DNA from: Azolla caroliniana
Lineage: Eukaryota > Plantae > Polypodiophyta
DNA length: 64,000 bases
Direction of reading: 5' to 3'
Assembly: GCA_043228905.1 (NCBI GenBank)
Contig: JBHGNT010000014.1
Span: 9,548,001-9,612,000 of the forward strand
Shown here: one piece after another, positions 23,111 to 36,092 of the stretch
Layout of the letters: the number at the start of each line of letters is the position of its first letter
Numbering within the stretch: position 1 is the first letter of the stretch
The notes under the pieces: model-generated
What the model saw: only the letters and a program-made list of their open reading frames with translations
Databases searched by the model: none
What the model was told of the DNA's origin: nothing
Translations under genes and position numbers: made by a program

Positions 23111-24987
23111 CATTATGTGTTGAATATGTTGTACAAGTTCGGCATGACGGAATGCTAACCGATCTCCACACCCTTGGACCAGAACTTGAAGCTATATCTC
23201 GACTCCGGACCGGCATGCAATGAGAAACGGTTCCAACAAATTGTCAGAAGCCTTATCTACGTGACAATCACCTGACCCGACATCAGTTATCTGGTCGGAG
23301 TGATCAGTCAGTTTATGCAGACAACGATCGTGGAGCACCTTCAGTGCGCGCATCAACTATTGCGATATGTGAGTGGCACAAAGGACCGGGGATTGTTATA
23401 CCGACACGGTATAACTAGGAAGCTAGTCAGATATACGGATGCCGACTAGGCCGGTGATGCATCGGATCACCGATCCACCTCCAGTTATATGTTCTCTCTT
23501 GGTAGCGCGGATGTTGCTGGAGGAGCAAAAGGCAGCCAACAATGGCTCTATCGAGCACTGATGTGGAATACCGGGGCGCTACCATTGCCACCTGTGAAGC
23601 CATTTGGCTTCGGCGACTATTGTGAGACCTCCGGATCGTGGTGCTGACCCCGATCCTGATATGCTGCAACAACGTAAGTAGCATACAACTCGCCAAGAAC
23701 CCTATATTCCATGCTCGGACAAAGCACATAGAAGTCAATTATCACTTTGTCTGTGAGCGGGGCCTGAGCAGTGAAGTTGAACTTCGGTATGTTCACACGG
23801 ATCGGCAGGTTGCTGACATCTTCCACAAGCCGCTCGGATCAGACAAGTTGTAGCACTTTTCGGAGATGCTCGACATTCAGCATCTCGACGTGCCACACTT
23901 GAGGGGGAGAATAGGAATCGAAACGGTTAACGGCACCGAACAAGGAGCCGGAGAGAAAGAGGAACAAACCAAGATTAGGGGAGATAAGAAGAAAAAGGAA
24001 GCCGAGTCGACTGGGAAAGTCAACACATCCGAACAAGTCGGAGCAAGCAGCAGTGGCGACAGACTCAAGAAGGACAAAGCCGACCGAAAGAAGGCCAAGA
24101 CCCGGATATAGTCCAATGTGGTGAAGGGCCTGAAAATGGAAGACAAGTTGACCAACTTGGACAAGAGCTAGAACGAATCGGAGGCAACCAATTTAGACAA
24201 AGCTGGAACAAATCGGAGGAAGCCAATTCAGTTCAACACTTTGATTCATTCTAGCCAGATCAACTAAAGGCCAAGCAGACGAGAAGGCAGTAGAAGTGGA
24301 CACCGATATGGAGGAAAAGTGTTGGAGTCATAGCAGCGAAGGAGCTGAGATGGGCCTGGTCAATAGACAAGCCGACCAAGGAGGTCAAGGAGTGCAGAAC
24401 CGGATGAGTCGCAAGAAGCAAGACTGGACCGGATGAGGAGCGCGAGCGAGGTGGGAAGACACCAGAAGGAGTCGGATGGAAGAACTGGCTACCACAGAAA
24501 CTGACCCCACGATCCGACCTCAAGTTGAGCTTGAGGGGGAGTGTTGAGCGAGCAAGCTCAACCGGATCCGGATTGGCTGAATAAGCCAGAGCCAGATCGG
24601 TATCCTGAACGGAGAACCGGATCGGTGTCCGGATTATATCCGGAACTAGGATTTGGATCGGATTGAAACCGGTAGGCCATTAGAGGCTTACGGATCTAGC
24701 CTAGTACGTAGGCATATTTTTGGGAGTTGGTGTTAGTCACTCGTATAAGCATTGAAGTACCTGTTAGTACTTCTGTCAGTCCTTTATGGACTTGTAAAAA
24801 AGTGCTCTCTGAGCACATTCTATGTACAGAGGATGATTTTTTTTTAATTGAGTTTATGTTATGTTCTCTCTGTCTCTCCCATGTATTCTCTGTGTAAGGT
24901 CTCCATTAAACCTTCTTCTCTACATTCTATTGGTATCCGGCTAAGCCGGTTTGTCATACACTTCCGTATATTAACTTTAACAAGATG

Positions 24988-26340
24988 CACGCATTAGCAG
25001 AAAATGAAACTTGGGACTTGGTTGACGCCCCGAATGGTGTAAAGTTGATTGGATGCAAGTGGGTGTACAAGGTCAAGTACAACACCGACGGCTCTGTCAA
25101 CCGCTACAAGGCCCGATTAGTGGTGAAGGGATACGCACAACGACATGGCATCGACTATGATGAGACCTTTGCGCTTGTCTCGAAAATGACAACCGTTTGT
25201 GTCTTGCTTGCGGTAGCCGCAAGAGGTGGCATTTACATCAGATGGATGTAAAGAATGTGTTCCTACAAGGAGAACTTGAGGAATAGGTCTACATGGTACA
25301 ACCCCCTAGATTTCAGTCCGGGAAGAACACCTCGGTGGTATGCCGATTGAAGAAGTCCCTCTATGGACTAAAACAAGCCTTACGCACGTGGAACGCGAAG
25401 ATCATGCACCGCCTGCGTCGGATGGGGTTTGTGACGTCCAAATCGGACTCTTCATTGTTTGTCCATCACGGTCGACATGGACCGGTTAGTACTTTACTCT
25501 ATGTTGATGATTTAGTCATCGCCGGCCCCGACCTAGAAGAAATCGGCCGCGTAAAGTCCTAGCTCGCAGCATCATTTGACATGAAGGACCTAGGAGACCT
25601 TCATTACTTCCTAGGGATCGAAGTGATCCGCACCACCGAAGGCATACTGATTAACCGACGCAATTACGTGTTGAGTATGCTCTTCAAGTTCGGTATGGCT
25701 GATTGTAAGTCCATCTCAACTCCTCTGGACAGAAACTTCAAGCTTCGCCGAGATTCAAGAAAGGCGTGAAACCTGACACGGTTCCAACAAACTGTCGAAA
25801 GCCTAATTTATTTCACGATCACCCGGCCGGATCTCAACTACCCGGTTTGCCTGATCAGTCAATTTGTGTTGTAGCCCATGGCCGAACACCTTCAGTATGT
25901 GCAAAGGATATAGCGCTATGTCCACAACACTAAGGATAGGATGTTGTTATATCATACCGGTATTGCCAAACAGCTCGTCCGCTACTCGAATTCCGATTGG
26001 GCCGGAAACGCCGGCGATCGTAGATCCACATCGGCGTTCGCTTTCTCGCTTGGGAGCGCCGTGATCACCTAGACCAGCAAGAAGCATCCGACAGTTGCAA
26101 TTTCGAGCATGGAAGCTGAGTATTGAGGAGCGGTTGTCGTGACATGCGAAGCCATTTGGCTCCAGAGGCTACTCAAGGATCTGCATGTGGAGGTTTCCGC
26201 TCCAACAATGATCTACTACGACAACCTCAACAGCATCCAACTTGCGAAAAACCCCATCATCCATGCCCGAACCAAGCACATTGAGGCACAATACCATTTT
26301 GTCCGCGAGCGTGTCATCTCTAATGAAGTCAAACTAGCGT
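24988..26340 (+). pseudogene. F RT and RNase H, fragmented
   Basis: NETWDLV..GCKWVYK, YVDDLV, IHARTKHIE. Confidence 0.85.
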
Positions 26341-28938
26341 TGTCGTGCATTTCGGCGCCGGATCGTTGCGTGAGTCAAGTGGGAACCGTTGGGGTTTTGG
26401 ACTCGGAGGAGGAAGAATTTGAGATGAGTTTAGTTATGAATATTAATAGATTATAAGAAAGAAAGATATGAAACTCATAAATCCCACGAATATAGTGTAT
26501 TAATTAATGTTTAGGTACAAGAATGTGAATTTAGATTGCAAGAGAGAAATAGTTGGCAAATTCGTGAATTCCCACGAATATAATATATTAATCAACCCTT
26601 ATAAAAAATCAACAACCATATACATCTTTCTCTCTCCCTTATATAGTGATGGAAGAGACTAAACATAGCATAACGCTTTTCTAAAGTGTTCATGCACACT
26701 AGATGTCCCTAAATTGCTTTTTCTACCATGCTTTTAATTTCTAAATATAGTGCTCATGCACTCTAGACGTGCATGAGTAACTTTTTTTTTGTCACTTATG
26801 ATACGTTAGTACAAAGGTAAAGTTTGGGGTTTTTTTACATGGAGGTACAAGGTTTGAATCTTGCCCTATGCATGTAACATATATTTTAATATTTTCTTTT
26901 ATTTCTTTATGCATACTTAATCGAATATTTCTTACATATTTCATGTAGTGTGAAAATTACACTACGACACTCGCCCCCTCTGAACCGGCACATCCTCCGG
27001 TATGTGGCGAAGTTCCGATGCCTGTTATTCTCCTTTATCCCTAGCACTCTCGGGTTCTCCCCTTATGTCGATTATCAATTCTAGCCCACTTTCTTCGCTT
27101 TCCGCACCACCGTGATCTTTGTCTGATTGCTCCTCGCTAACAATCTTGTCTAAGGTCACATAGGGTTCGTCGTCAGTTCGCTTCTTGAATATCTTCACCC
27201 GTTTCCCCGCTATAGGCACCCATTGTACCATTCCATCAAACTCACCTAGTTGGTAGGTTCCGTTGTAGAAAACTTTCTGAACTTCGTATGGTCTGAACCA
27301 CCTTTTAGCGAATTTCCAGATCGTTGTGTGTTGATGATCCAAACTACTGTCATAGACTATCACCCAATCTCCTTCTTCAATCTTTCATGGTCGTAGACGG
27401 TGCTTTGTGTCGAATCGACTTTTGTTTCGGAACCGCGCTTTTTGTTGTCGGCGTATTGCTTCCGCTATGCTATGTCTTCCAGTCTTCTCTCTAGTTGTCG
27501 TATCCGAACCACTAGTAGTTCTTCCCAGCTCATCTCTTCCTTCCACGACAACACTATCCATGTTGCAATTGCGATTTCTACCGGCATTACCGGTGCTTGG
27601 CCGATCATAAGTTCCCTGGCATATAACCGATCACAGAACTATGCGTTGTGCGATCTGCACATAGTGGATACAAAAGCATTTGTAGCCAATTCTTTACCCT
27701 TCCGTCGTATGCTTTTGCAAGTGCTTTAACGATTGGACTATGTCCTCGTTCGATCTTCTCGTTGGCTTCCGGATTGTATGTCATGGTTAGTGTTTACCGG
27801 ACTCCATGTTTGGCGAAGAATTCCCTAGCTTTATCAGAGTCAAGTTCTCCCCGATCCGCAATCACTTGTCCTACGCACCCATACCTGCAAAACACTTCTT
27901 CCAAGAGAAATTGGCATACTGCAGAACATGTTTTCCTCCATAGCGCCTGACCTTCTACTTGGTTCGTCAGATCTTCCCAAGCTAATACCAAGTACTTCTT
28001 TTGTCTGATCTCGGTTGGCATGGCCACAATGTCGACCATCCATTTGAAATTGATTATCGGTGAGAATGTTAGATGTAATTCATCTCAATGTCGAGCTCCG
28101 GAGTAGATTTGGCATTTCTCGCACTTCCCGTGAATTCTGCTACATCTTTGTACATATTCTTCCACCAATATTTTTGATTGATCTTTGCAAATGTTGCCCA
28201 TGTTCCCCGATGTCCAGCCCAATCGGATTCGTGAAATTTGGATATTATTCGATTTTGTTCCTTTTTTGTTCCAACTACCCATACTGGTATGCCATTTGGT
28301 CTTTTTGGCTCTATCTAGATTAATCCATTGTTCAAGAAGAACTTCCGGACTTGCCGCTTCTTACTTTGGATCTCGGCTCTCTTTTCCATATTGTTCGATG
28401 ATTCCTCGATTTCTTGTAGCACCTTCCCAATCATCAGGTTTTCTCCCTCATATTCAGCTTCCCAAAATTCTCAGATTACGTTCACCCGTCATATGTGCTC
28501 TGAAGTAAAGTAGTTTTTGGAAACTTCTTCATTATCGGATTCGGCTATGTCGTCTCCGAACCGTGCCCTCGACAGCATATCCGCTACCGCATTGTCTTTT
28601 CCGGAGATGTGTCGTACCTCCGGATTAAGCGACTTTACATATGCAATCCATCTTATCATAGCCATATCTAGTATCGTACAACACCGCATCATCCCGAGTA
28701 TCGGAAGACAATCCGTTTCGATCACTACTTTCGGCATCCTCGATCATCCATAGTCTCATCTTTTTCTTCCCCTGCACATCCTTTCATCGGAATGTCATCT
28801 AGGAATGGCATTGTTATCTCCGGAATGCAGTCTCCGAGCACCTTGGTCATTGCATTCATCATATGTGCGACCGAGTTTGTCGCTCCTTGTGGTAGCGTGC
28901 ACATCCGGACTAATCCTATCGATGTTCGCATTGTAGTG

Positions 28939-29522
28939 TGACGGGAAGTACTACGCTCCTTATACGCAACGCTCGGCCACAACCGAGCTTAGAATCATAC
29001 ACAGAAAACGGGAAATAGATGTTCAACACAGAAGAGAGAAGAGTACACTGGATGTTTACGTGGAAAACCCAAACTAAGGGAAAAACCACGGCAGCCCACA
29101 GGCTACAAACTATCACTATGTTAGAATGTACAACAGTGAGTTCACGGAGGCAACGAACTCGTGCTCACGATCTTCGCCACAGGCGGCGGTTACAACAGAG
29201 GCAACGACCTCTTCCTCTCACTCTCTCTCTTTGTACACAGTTACGCGCTCTAATCTCACGCAGACAAGAATAACAACGCATATATAAAAGTTTTCCCTAA
29301 GTCATATTTATGCTAATATGACTTTTCGGCTATTTACAAATATAGCCATGATGGACTCTCATAAACATATTTACGAATATGTCTCTTCATCCGGTTCTCA
29401 CCGGGTCTGTACCATCCGGCTCTCCGTAGCCGGGTACTCCTCATCCGGTTTCGGCCTCAGCCGAGTTTGTTCATCGGCACTATTCTTCTCCCTTCCCATC
29501 CGGAGGGACTTGTCTCCCAACA
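28939..29522 (-). repeat. Solo LTR M (G-related copia family)
   Basis: TG..CA ends, TSD TAGTG (28934-38, 29523-27), similar to G LTRs, no internal sequence. Confidence 0.88.
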
Positions 29523-30453
29523 TAGTGATATCCGGAGTATAGGTCTCCGATGGAGTATATCGTGCGTCCGGCTAACGCTTCCACAAATTCATCCACTTTC
29601 AGACCGACTCCGGAGTTCCGGATCGTGACCTTGTTCACTAGTTGCAAATCTTGAATGAATCAGAGTGACCCATTCTTCTTAGGAACCTTAAACCATCGAT
29701 TTGAGTACGGAGCGTTTGATGGTTCTAGAATCCCCATCGCCACCTTCTCCTTGAGCAAGTCAATGATTTTCGGAATATGTGCCCATGGCACCGGAATCGG
29801 CTTCAGGTTCCACGGCACATGATCAATCGAGAAGATCACCATCGGTTCTACTATCTTTAGATCAATGCACCCTATCTCTCTTGATGTGAATGCGAATGCT
29901 TTTCCATGTTGCTCCAGCATCTCATGAAATTGTTCTTCTTCGTTCTGTAAGAGGAATCCACCTCCACCGATCCGAAGTTTCTTCCAAGTCTCATTCATGA
30001 AAGCATTTCTGATATCCACAGACTTCCGAAGAGTTAGATATCTCGAGACTTCTTTCCTCTTTTGTTCGCTATTAGTGGGTAGCGGTCCCACAGACGGTTT
30101 CACCTTCTTTTCCACAGTCTTATATTTTGTACATACCATTGCTTCTTCTTTGTGGAGCGCATTCGGCCCCATTTTCACAATGATCTCGTATATCTAGATC
30201 AATTCTACTGGGACTACCTAGTCTCCCTGGCTATTCTCTTCTGCAAGCTCTTCAAGCCATTGTAGCGTGCTCCCATAGAACAATTCTTCGACTACTCCCA
30301 TGATTTCCTCATCTTCTTTTATGATTGATGCAAACCGTAACTCGTCCTGCACCTTTCGGAATTCTTTCTTCATTACTCCGGTTACGGTCGTGTATGTAGA
30401 TGCCCCATCCGGACTGATTTGTACTTGTTTTGCTCCGAGAATTCTCTTCCTAT

Positions 30454-30517
30454 GTGGGGTATCAGGGCTTCTCAGACTATCACTTCCCCACTCCGCAACA
30501 ATCCACTTTAAAAATCC
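30454..30517 (-). promoter_or_regulatory. L: candidate -1 frameshift signal (G GAU UUU + pseudoknot) between protease and RT
   Basis: GGATTTT-TAA; -1 frame open ~100 codons and in frame with the RT ORF at 30178. Confidence 0.65.
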
Positions 30518-32410
30518 ATTTTTGTTTGGGACAAAAGCTCTCTCTTGTTCCTTTCATGATTCAATGACACAATTAGGAATTGGACAGTTTTCCCCCCGCT
30601 TTGGCTCCGAATTCGTGCAAAAGCCGCTCCATTATCGAGCACCTTTGTCTCCATCCATGAAGCCGTGATAAAGGGTTGCTTGAGGATCACAGAATGTGTG
30701 ACCTCATCTTGAACAAAGAAATTTTGGTCAATCTCCACATCTCTGATCTTGACTGGCACATCCAAACAAACCGCATTAGACCGGAGTCTCCATAGTTGCG
30801 CGTGCCTAGTGTGGCCTTGTGTAGTGGGAGTTTGGAATTTCATCATCCACTTCCGTGTCATTCATTAGAACGGTATTCGCATTCACCCTTGGAGAATTTT
30901 CCTCCGTAGTTTGTCTCTTTCTTTTTACAAGATCCACAAGAAGATCGTGGAACTCCTTCTTCGCTATTCTGAGTAATTCCCGGAGAGAAAATTTCACCCG
31001 ACTATCAAGGATTCTCTATTCGAACACCTTCTTTAGGTTCGTCCGTTGTTCGATGTCGGAAGCAACTTTGAATGCCGGAATTGTTTTTCCTTTCCCCTTC
31101 CCTTCAGAGTTCCAGCTCTCTGGTGTCTTTGATGGCCCGGCCACATCATCTTTGCGTTGTCATTTCTCATCTACAGACACCTCATGCAATTGACATAATG
31201 CATGTATGTTATTTTTATCTACGGGGCACTCCCATCCCGTAGCTTCCTGGATGCCTTCTGTGGTGCTCCAGATTTCATCAAAGTTGGCTTTCCCCGAGAT
31301 TTCTAGTACTTCTGGCCAAAAAGATACCATTGCTCTAGATGACTCCCCCACACGTATTCCCGCGGTTGTCACATAATTGGTTTCCCCCGCTATCTCCTCC
31401 TCTAGGACCTTCTTCATGCCGTCTTTTCGGAAGTTCAGCCGGAGTGGCTTTCGAGAGTCCATCGAATGAATCCAATTTCCCTCGTAGTAGATAAGATCCC
31501 GTCGTATCGCCTCATGCTCATCGCAATCCTTCCGATCATGTTCAGTGTTATCGCACCTTATGCATTGATGGTCCATATACTTGGAACTTGTGGGACGGTC
31601 TTCTGACTTCTTCACACACTGCGATTTTCAGATTCTCCATCGCCTTTAGCAACTACTCCACCTTGGTTGCATCGATTCCCTTCTCGTTCGTAGTCTCCCG
31701 AGCCCATGGTTGATGGTCTTCCAATCCGGATCTTGGTTTCGGAATCGGTTCTGAAACCCTCTTTTCTTCATTACCAAGCCATCGCCCCCTTTTTGTGTAT
31801 CGTGCAACGATGTCCCGCACGTTTTCCCATGTATTGGTGAGGCCATTCTCAGTAGTTGTGTCCTCTAGAAGCACTCCAAGGTCTTTCCGGTCCCGGATGT
31901 CCATGGCACGTAAGAACATGATCACTTTGTCCGGTGCGAGGATAGCTTGATCTCTTGCGGACAACCTCCCGAATCGACTTTCGAATGCCGAAAACACATC
32001 GAGGACCTTCAGCCCCTTGTCCGGCGTTTCCACCCAATCTTTGAATCCCCTCCGCGTTGCCGTGGAAGAGTCCTCGATAGCGAACGTGGTCTTCAACGCT
32101 CCTTCAAACGCTTCCCATGTCGGATTTTGTTGTCGTATCCCGTGGATACTCCCTTGAAGCTCATCCGTAGCCATCCGATTTGAAGGATGTCACTTGCAAT
32201 CCTTCCAATATTCCGCACCGTAGCATTTCCGCCTTGTAGTCCCACAAATAACATGACACATCCTTCCCGTTGAATTGCCCGTTTCGTTGCACGAGCCGCT
32301 CTACTACTGCCGCAATCTCCGACATCGCGCGTTGCTCTTGTAGCATGCACTCGAACATTGTCATCATATTGTTAGCCTCTTGTTGATTTTTCATCTCCTT
32401 GCCATCCGTG

Positions 32411-32428
32411 TTCATGTCGGGTTCACCA
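32411..32428 (-). promoter_or_regulatory. L PBS, tRNA-Trp type
   Basis: TGGTGAACCCGACATGAA matches the complement of the plant tRNA-Trp 3' end (..TTCACGTCGGGTTCACCA, recalled) with one mismatch. Confidence 0.75.
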
Positions 32429-33535
32429 ACTGTGTCGTGCCTTTCGGCGCTTTGCGTGAGTCAGGTGGGAACCGCTGGGGTTTTGGACTAGGAGGAAGAA
32501 TTTGAGATGAGTTTAGTTATGAATATTAATAGATTATAAGAAAGAAATATATGAAACTCGTGAATCCCATGAATATATTGTATTAATTAATGTTTAGGTA
32601 AGAATGTGAATTTAGATTGCAAGAGAGAAATATCTATGGCAAATTCGTGAATCCCCACGAATATAATATATTAATCAACCCTTATAAAAAATCAACAACC
32701 ATATACATCTTTCTCTCTTCCTTATATAGTGATGGAAGAGACCAAACATAGCATAACATTTTTCTAAAGTGTTCATGCACACTAGATGTCCCTGAATTGC
32801 TTTTTCTACCATGCATTTAATTTCTAAATATAGTGCTCATGCACTCTAGACGTGCATGAGTAACTTTATTTTTGTCACTTATGATACATTAGTATAATGG
32901 TAAAGTTTGGGGTTGGTTTACATGGAGGTACAAGGTTTGAATCTTGCCCTATGCATGTAACATATATTTTAATATTTTCTTTTATTTCTTTATGCATACT
33001 TAATCAGATATTTCTTATATATTTCACGTAGTGTGCAAATAACACTTAGATAGCGTATGTTCTGACTGATCGGCAGACTGTTGATATCTTCACCAAGCCC
33101 CTTAGTCTCGTCAAGTTGTGGCAATTCTCGGGTGCGCTTGGCTTGCGGCACCTCGACGTGCCGACTGTGAGGGGGAGAAAAGACCAGGAAAGGAGCAGAA
33201 GTGACCGTGAAGCCGAGTCGGATGAAGAATTCGATTTCGAGTCAACTAAAGAAGCCAAAGGTAGAAACATGGGCAGCAACCGAAGGGAAGAGCAAGAGTC
33301 AGCCGAACAAGGGGGAGATGAAGCCAATATGGGTGAGAAGGCGAAGACCAAGACTTGGTTTGATATGGTTAAGGGCCTAAACATAGAAGACGAATTGGAG
33401 ACAACCAATTTGGGTAAGAGCAGAAACGAATCGGAGACAGCCGATTCGGTTCGAATGTTTGATTCGAAAACGCTGAATCAACTGAAGGCCAAGCTGAGGA
33501 AAGGGCAGTGGAAGAGGTGCCAACACCGTGACAAC

Positions 33536-34176
33536 TAACATGAAATATGCGTGTGCGGAATATATCTCGGCCACAACCGAGACTTCAATCACTTCGTTAG
33601 AATCACAACCACAGAAGAAATGGGAAATGAAGGTAAATGCACGTACACACAAATAATATGAGCCGAAGAGAGTACACAATATGTTTATGTGGAAAACCCT
33701 AAACGGGAAAAACCACGGGAGCCCACTAGCTCCAACTATCACTATGTAAGGAGAATACAACAGAGGAACACAGAGGCAACGACCTCTTGCTCTCAACCTT
33801 TGCCTGGCAGCAGTTACAATAGAGACACACACTGTCTCTCTCTCTCTCTCTCTATCCCTCTACTACACTCTGTGCAGTGGTTACACCAAAAATAACTATA
33901 TACAAAATAATGACAACACAATGATACACGCATCTCTGTTTTCCCTAGGTCATATTTATACTAATATGACATTAGGAATATTTATAGATATAGCCCCAAT
34001 TGGCTCTCAAAAACATATTTCCATATATGTCCCTTCATCCGATGAGAGCTTCTCACCGGACCTGCATCATCTGGTTCTCACTTGGTCTTCCTTGTCGGGT
34101 ACTCATCATCCGGTTCTCAGCGGGTCTTCCTTGCCGGGTACTCATCATCCCATCCGGAGGGACCGAAATCCTAACA
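33536..34176 (-). repeat. Solo LTR N (G-related copia family)
   Basis: TSD ACAAC (33531-35, 34177-81); shares motifs with G and M LTRs. Confidence 0.82.
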
Positions 34177-34343
34177 ACAACAAGGGAGTTGAGAAAGGCC
34201 ACACAAGCAGACAAGCCGACCGAAATGGTCGAGGCGCGCGGAATCGAACGGGTCGAGGAGCGCGAGCGAGGCGTGAAGCCAGGAGAAGCTGGAACGAAGA
34301 TTCAAAAGAGTAGGCGGAACCTCAACTTGAGATTGAGGGCGAG

Positions 34344-34756
34344 TGTTGAGATACAAGCTCAACATTGGGTGCGTAAACCAATGTGTAGACTGGGTGCGTA
34401 AATCGGGTGCACAACGAGAGGTCGTAGCGGTGCCTAAATCGGGAGGCCGTTGGATAGATATTCCGTAGAGGAATACATTTTGGGAGTTAGTGTAGAGGCT
34501 CATTGATGAGCATTGAAGTATGTGTCAATACTTCTGTCAATCCGTATGGACTTGTATAAAAGTGCTCTCGAAGCACATCCTATGTATAGAGTTTTAGAGT
34601 ATTGTTTTGAAATAGAGTTTTTGTGTTCTGCTCTCTCTGTCTCTCCCGCATACACTATGTTGATTAAGCTTTCCATTAAACCTTCCTCATGCTCTTTGTC
34701 TTATTTTTGTTGTTACCCGGTTGTGCCTGGTAAGCTTCCACACGTATTCTTTTACA
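34344..34756 (+). repeat. F 3' LTR
   Basis: After PPT TTGAGGGCGAG; TSD AAAGT follows. Confidence 0.9.
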
Positions 34757-35458
34757 AAAGTCGATTGAGGCATACGAGTCGGAGTTGGTCGACCTTCAGC
34801 AACCAATCGACATGTATGAACATGTGTCGAGTGAAGAGTCCGCAGAGACATCCGAACCTAAGCCGACAATGGGAAGTGGAAGATATCCACTTAGGCAAAG
34901 GAGAGCACCCTCACAATACGCCAGTCAATCTATTTTATTGACTAATGAAGATGAGCCAGAGTGCTACGAGGAGGCCATGGAAGACATGTTGAAGGAGAAA
35001 TGGCAGAGTGCACTATAAGAAGAGATGGACTCCTTGCATGAGGACTACACATACGACTTGGTGGAACTACCGAAAGGTAAGAGAGCCCTAAGAAACAAAT
35101 GGGTCTTCAAGCTGAAGAATAGGGAAGATGGCAGTTCACGCAGATACAAGGCCTGAATCGTGGTAAATGTCATGATATGGCAAGACTCGAACCCATCACC
35201 TTATACTACATGGGTCGAGCTCTTGACCATTAGACTATACATTGTAATACGTAGAATATTATTTTCATTTATGTTTTATTATAGAAAATTGATGTATATT
35301 CCAGATTTCTCTGGAACATTCTAGAAACTTCAGGAGTATTCCTTAGAACACTATAAAAGGAGGCACGAGGCATTATTTCGAACCAAATCAGTTCAACGCC
35401 AGTCGTAAGCCTCCCAGCTACTACTGTACATTCTCTTCACATAATATATATCTTTTCT

Positions 35459-35519
<61 letters not shown>

Positions 35520-35632
35520 CCTCCCTCCCTCTCACTCACTCTTTCCTTCTCTCGAGAGTTCTTCACCTCTCTTAGTACTAATACTTCTTTTAGTACTAAT
35601 TCCTTCTCTGTCTTAGTACTGTTCCTGACAGT

Positions 35633-35644
35633 TTGAACCGATTT
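35633..35644 (+). promoter_or_regulatory. H self-priming PBS
   Basis: TTGAACCGATTT is the reverse complement of AAATCGGTTCAA (3' LTR 46174-46185). Confidence 0.8.
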
Positions 35645-36092
35645 CAATCGATCTTCCTTTCCTCCTCTTCCTTTCCTCCTTTTCCTTTTATCTTCTTATT
35701 AATCCTCTTATCCTCCCTAGTAAAATGGAAACTATTAGCGCTCAGGAATACCAATCTGTTTTCTCGGAGCTCTAGTGCTTAAAAGAGAAATTTGTAGCAC
35801 TAGAACAAGAAAATCATCGCTTGTTGGGGGATCTTCAACAAATAGCGCTGGAAAAACAACAACAACACGGGGAGCTGACACTACATGTACAACAACTCGA
35901 AGCGACTATCATATCATTACAACAACAAGGATCAAGCACTCAAGGGATTCACAAAGAACCCAAAATCGGTCTTCCTGCAAAATTTGATGGGACCCGATCA
36001 CAGTTTAGAGGGTTTTTGAATCAGGTACGTTTAGTGATACAAATTCATCCTTCTCAATATCCCACCGATGCATCACAAGTGGGACTAGTAGG

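Larger units (their letters stand above)
15617..24541 (+). pseudogene. E gag-pol, fragmented and split by G
   Basis: WYIDCGASNHMT, integrase (VAERKN..FYWAEAV), RT (YVDDLV), RNase H (FHARTKHIEV). Confidence 0.85.
15098..24982 (+). mobile_element. Element E: Ty1/copia (same family as C/F); hosts G
   Basis: LTRs 15098-15513 and 24542-24982, TSD AGATG (15093-97, 24983-87), PBS TGGTATCAGAGC 15514-15525. Confidence 0.94.
26341..33051 (-). mobile_element. Element L: degenerate non-chromovirus Ty3/Gypsy of the same lineage as A; hosts solo LTR M
   Basis: LTRs 26341-26969 and 32433-~33051, TSD AGCGT (26336-40, 33052-56), PPT next to 26970, gag from 32415, RT PFLDDIPMK, integrase. Confidence 0.9.
12746..34756 (+). 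mobile_element. Element F: Ty1/copia (Ale-like) with integrase core deleted; hosts E, L and N
   Basis: LTRs 12746-13098 and 34344-34756, TSD AAAGT (12741-45, 34757-61), PBS TGGTATCAGAGC 13099-13110. Confidence 0.93.

Noticed and set aside
23900-24541. env-like gene in copia E/F
   Set aside because: Highly charged, no signal peptide or transmembrane segment, and contiguous with pol; reported instead as a Pol extension
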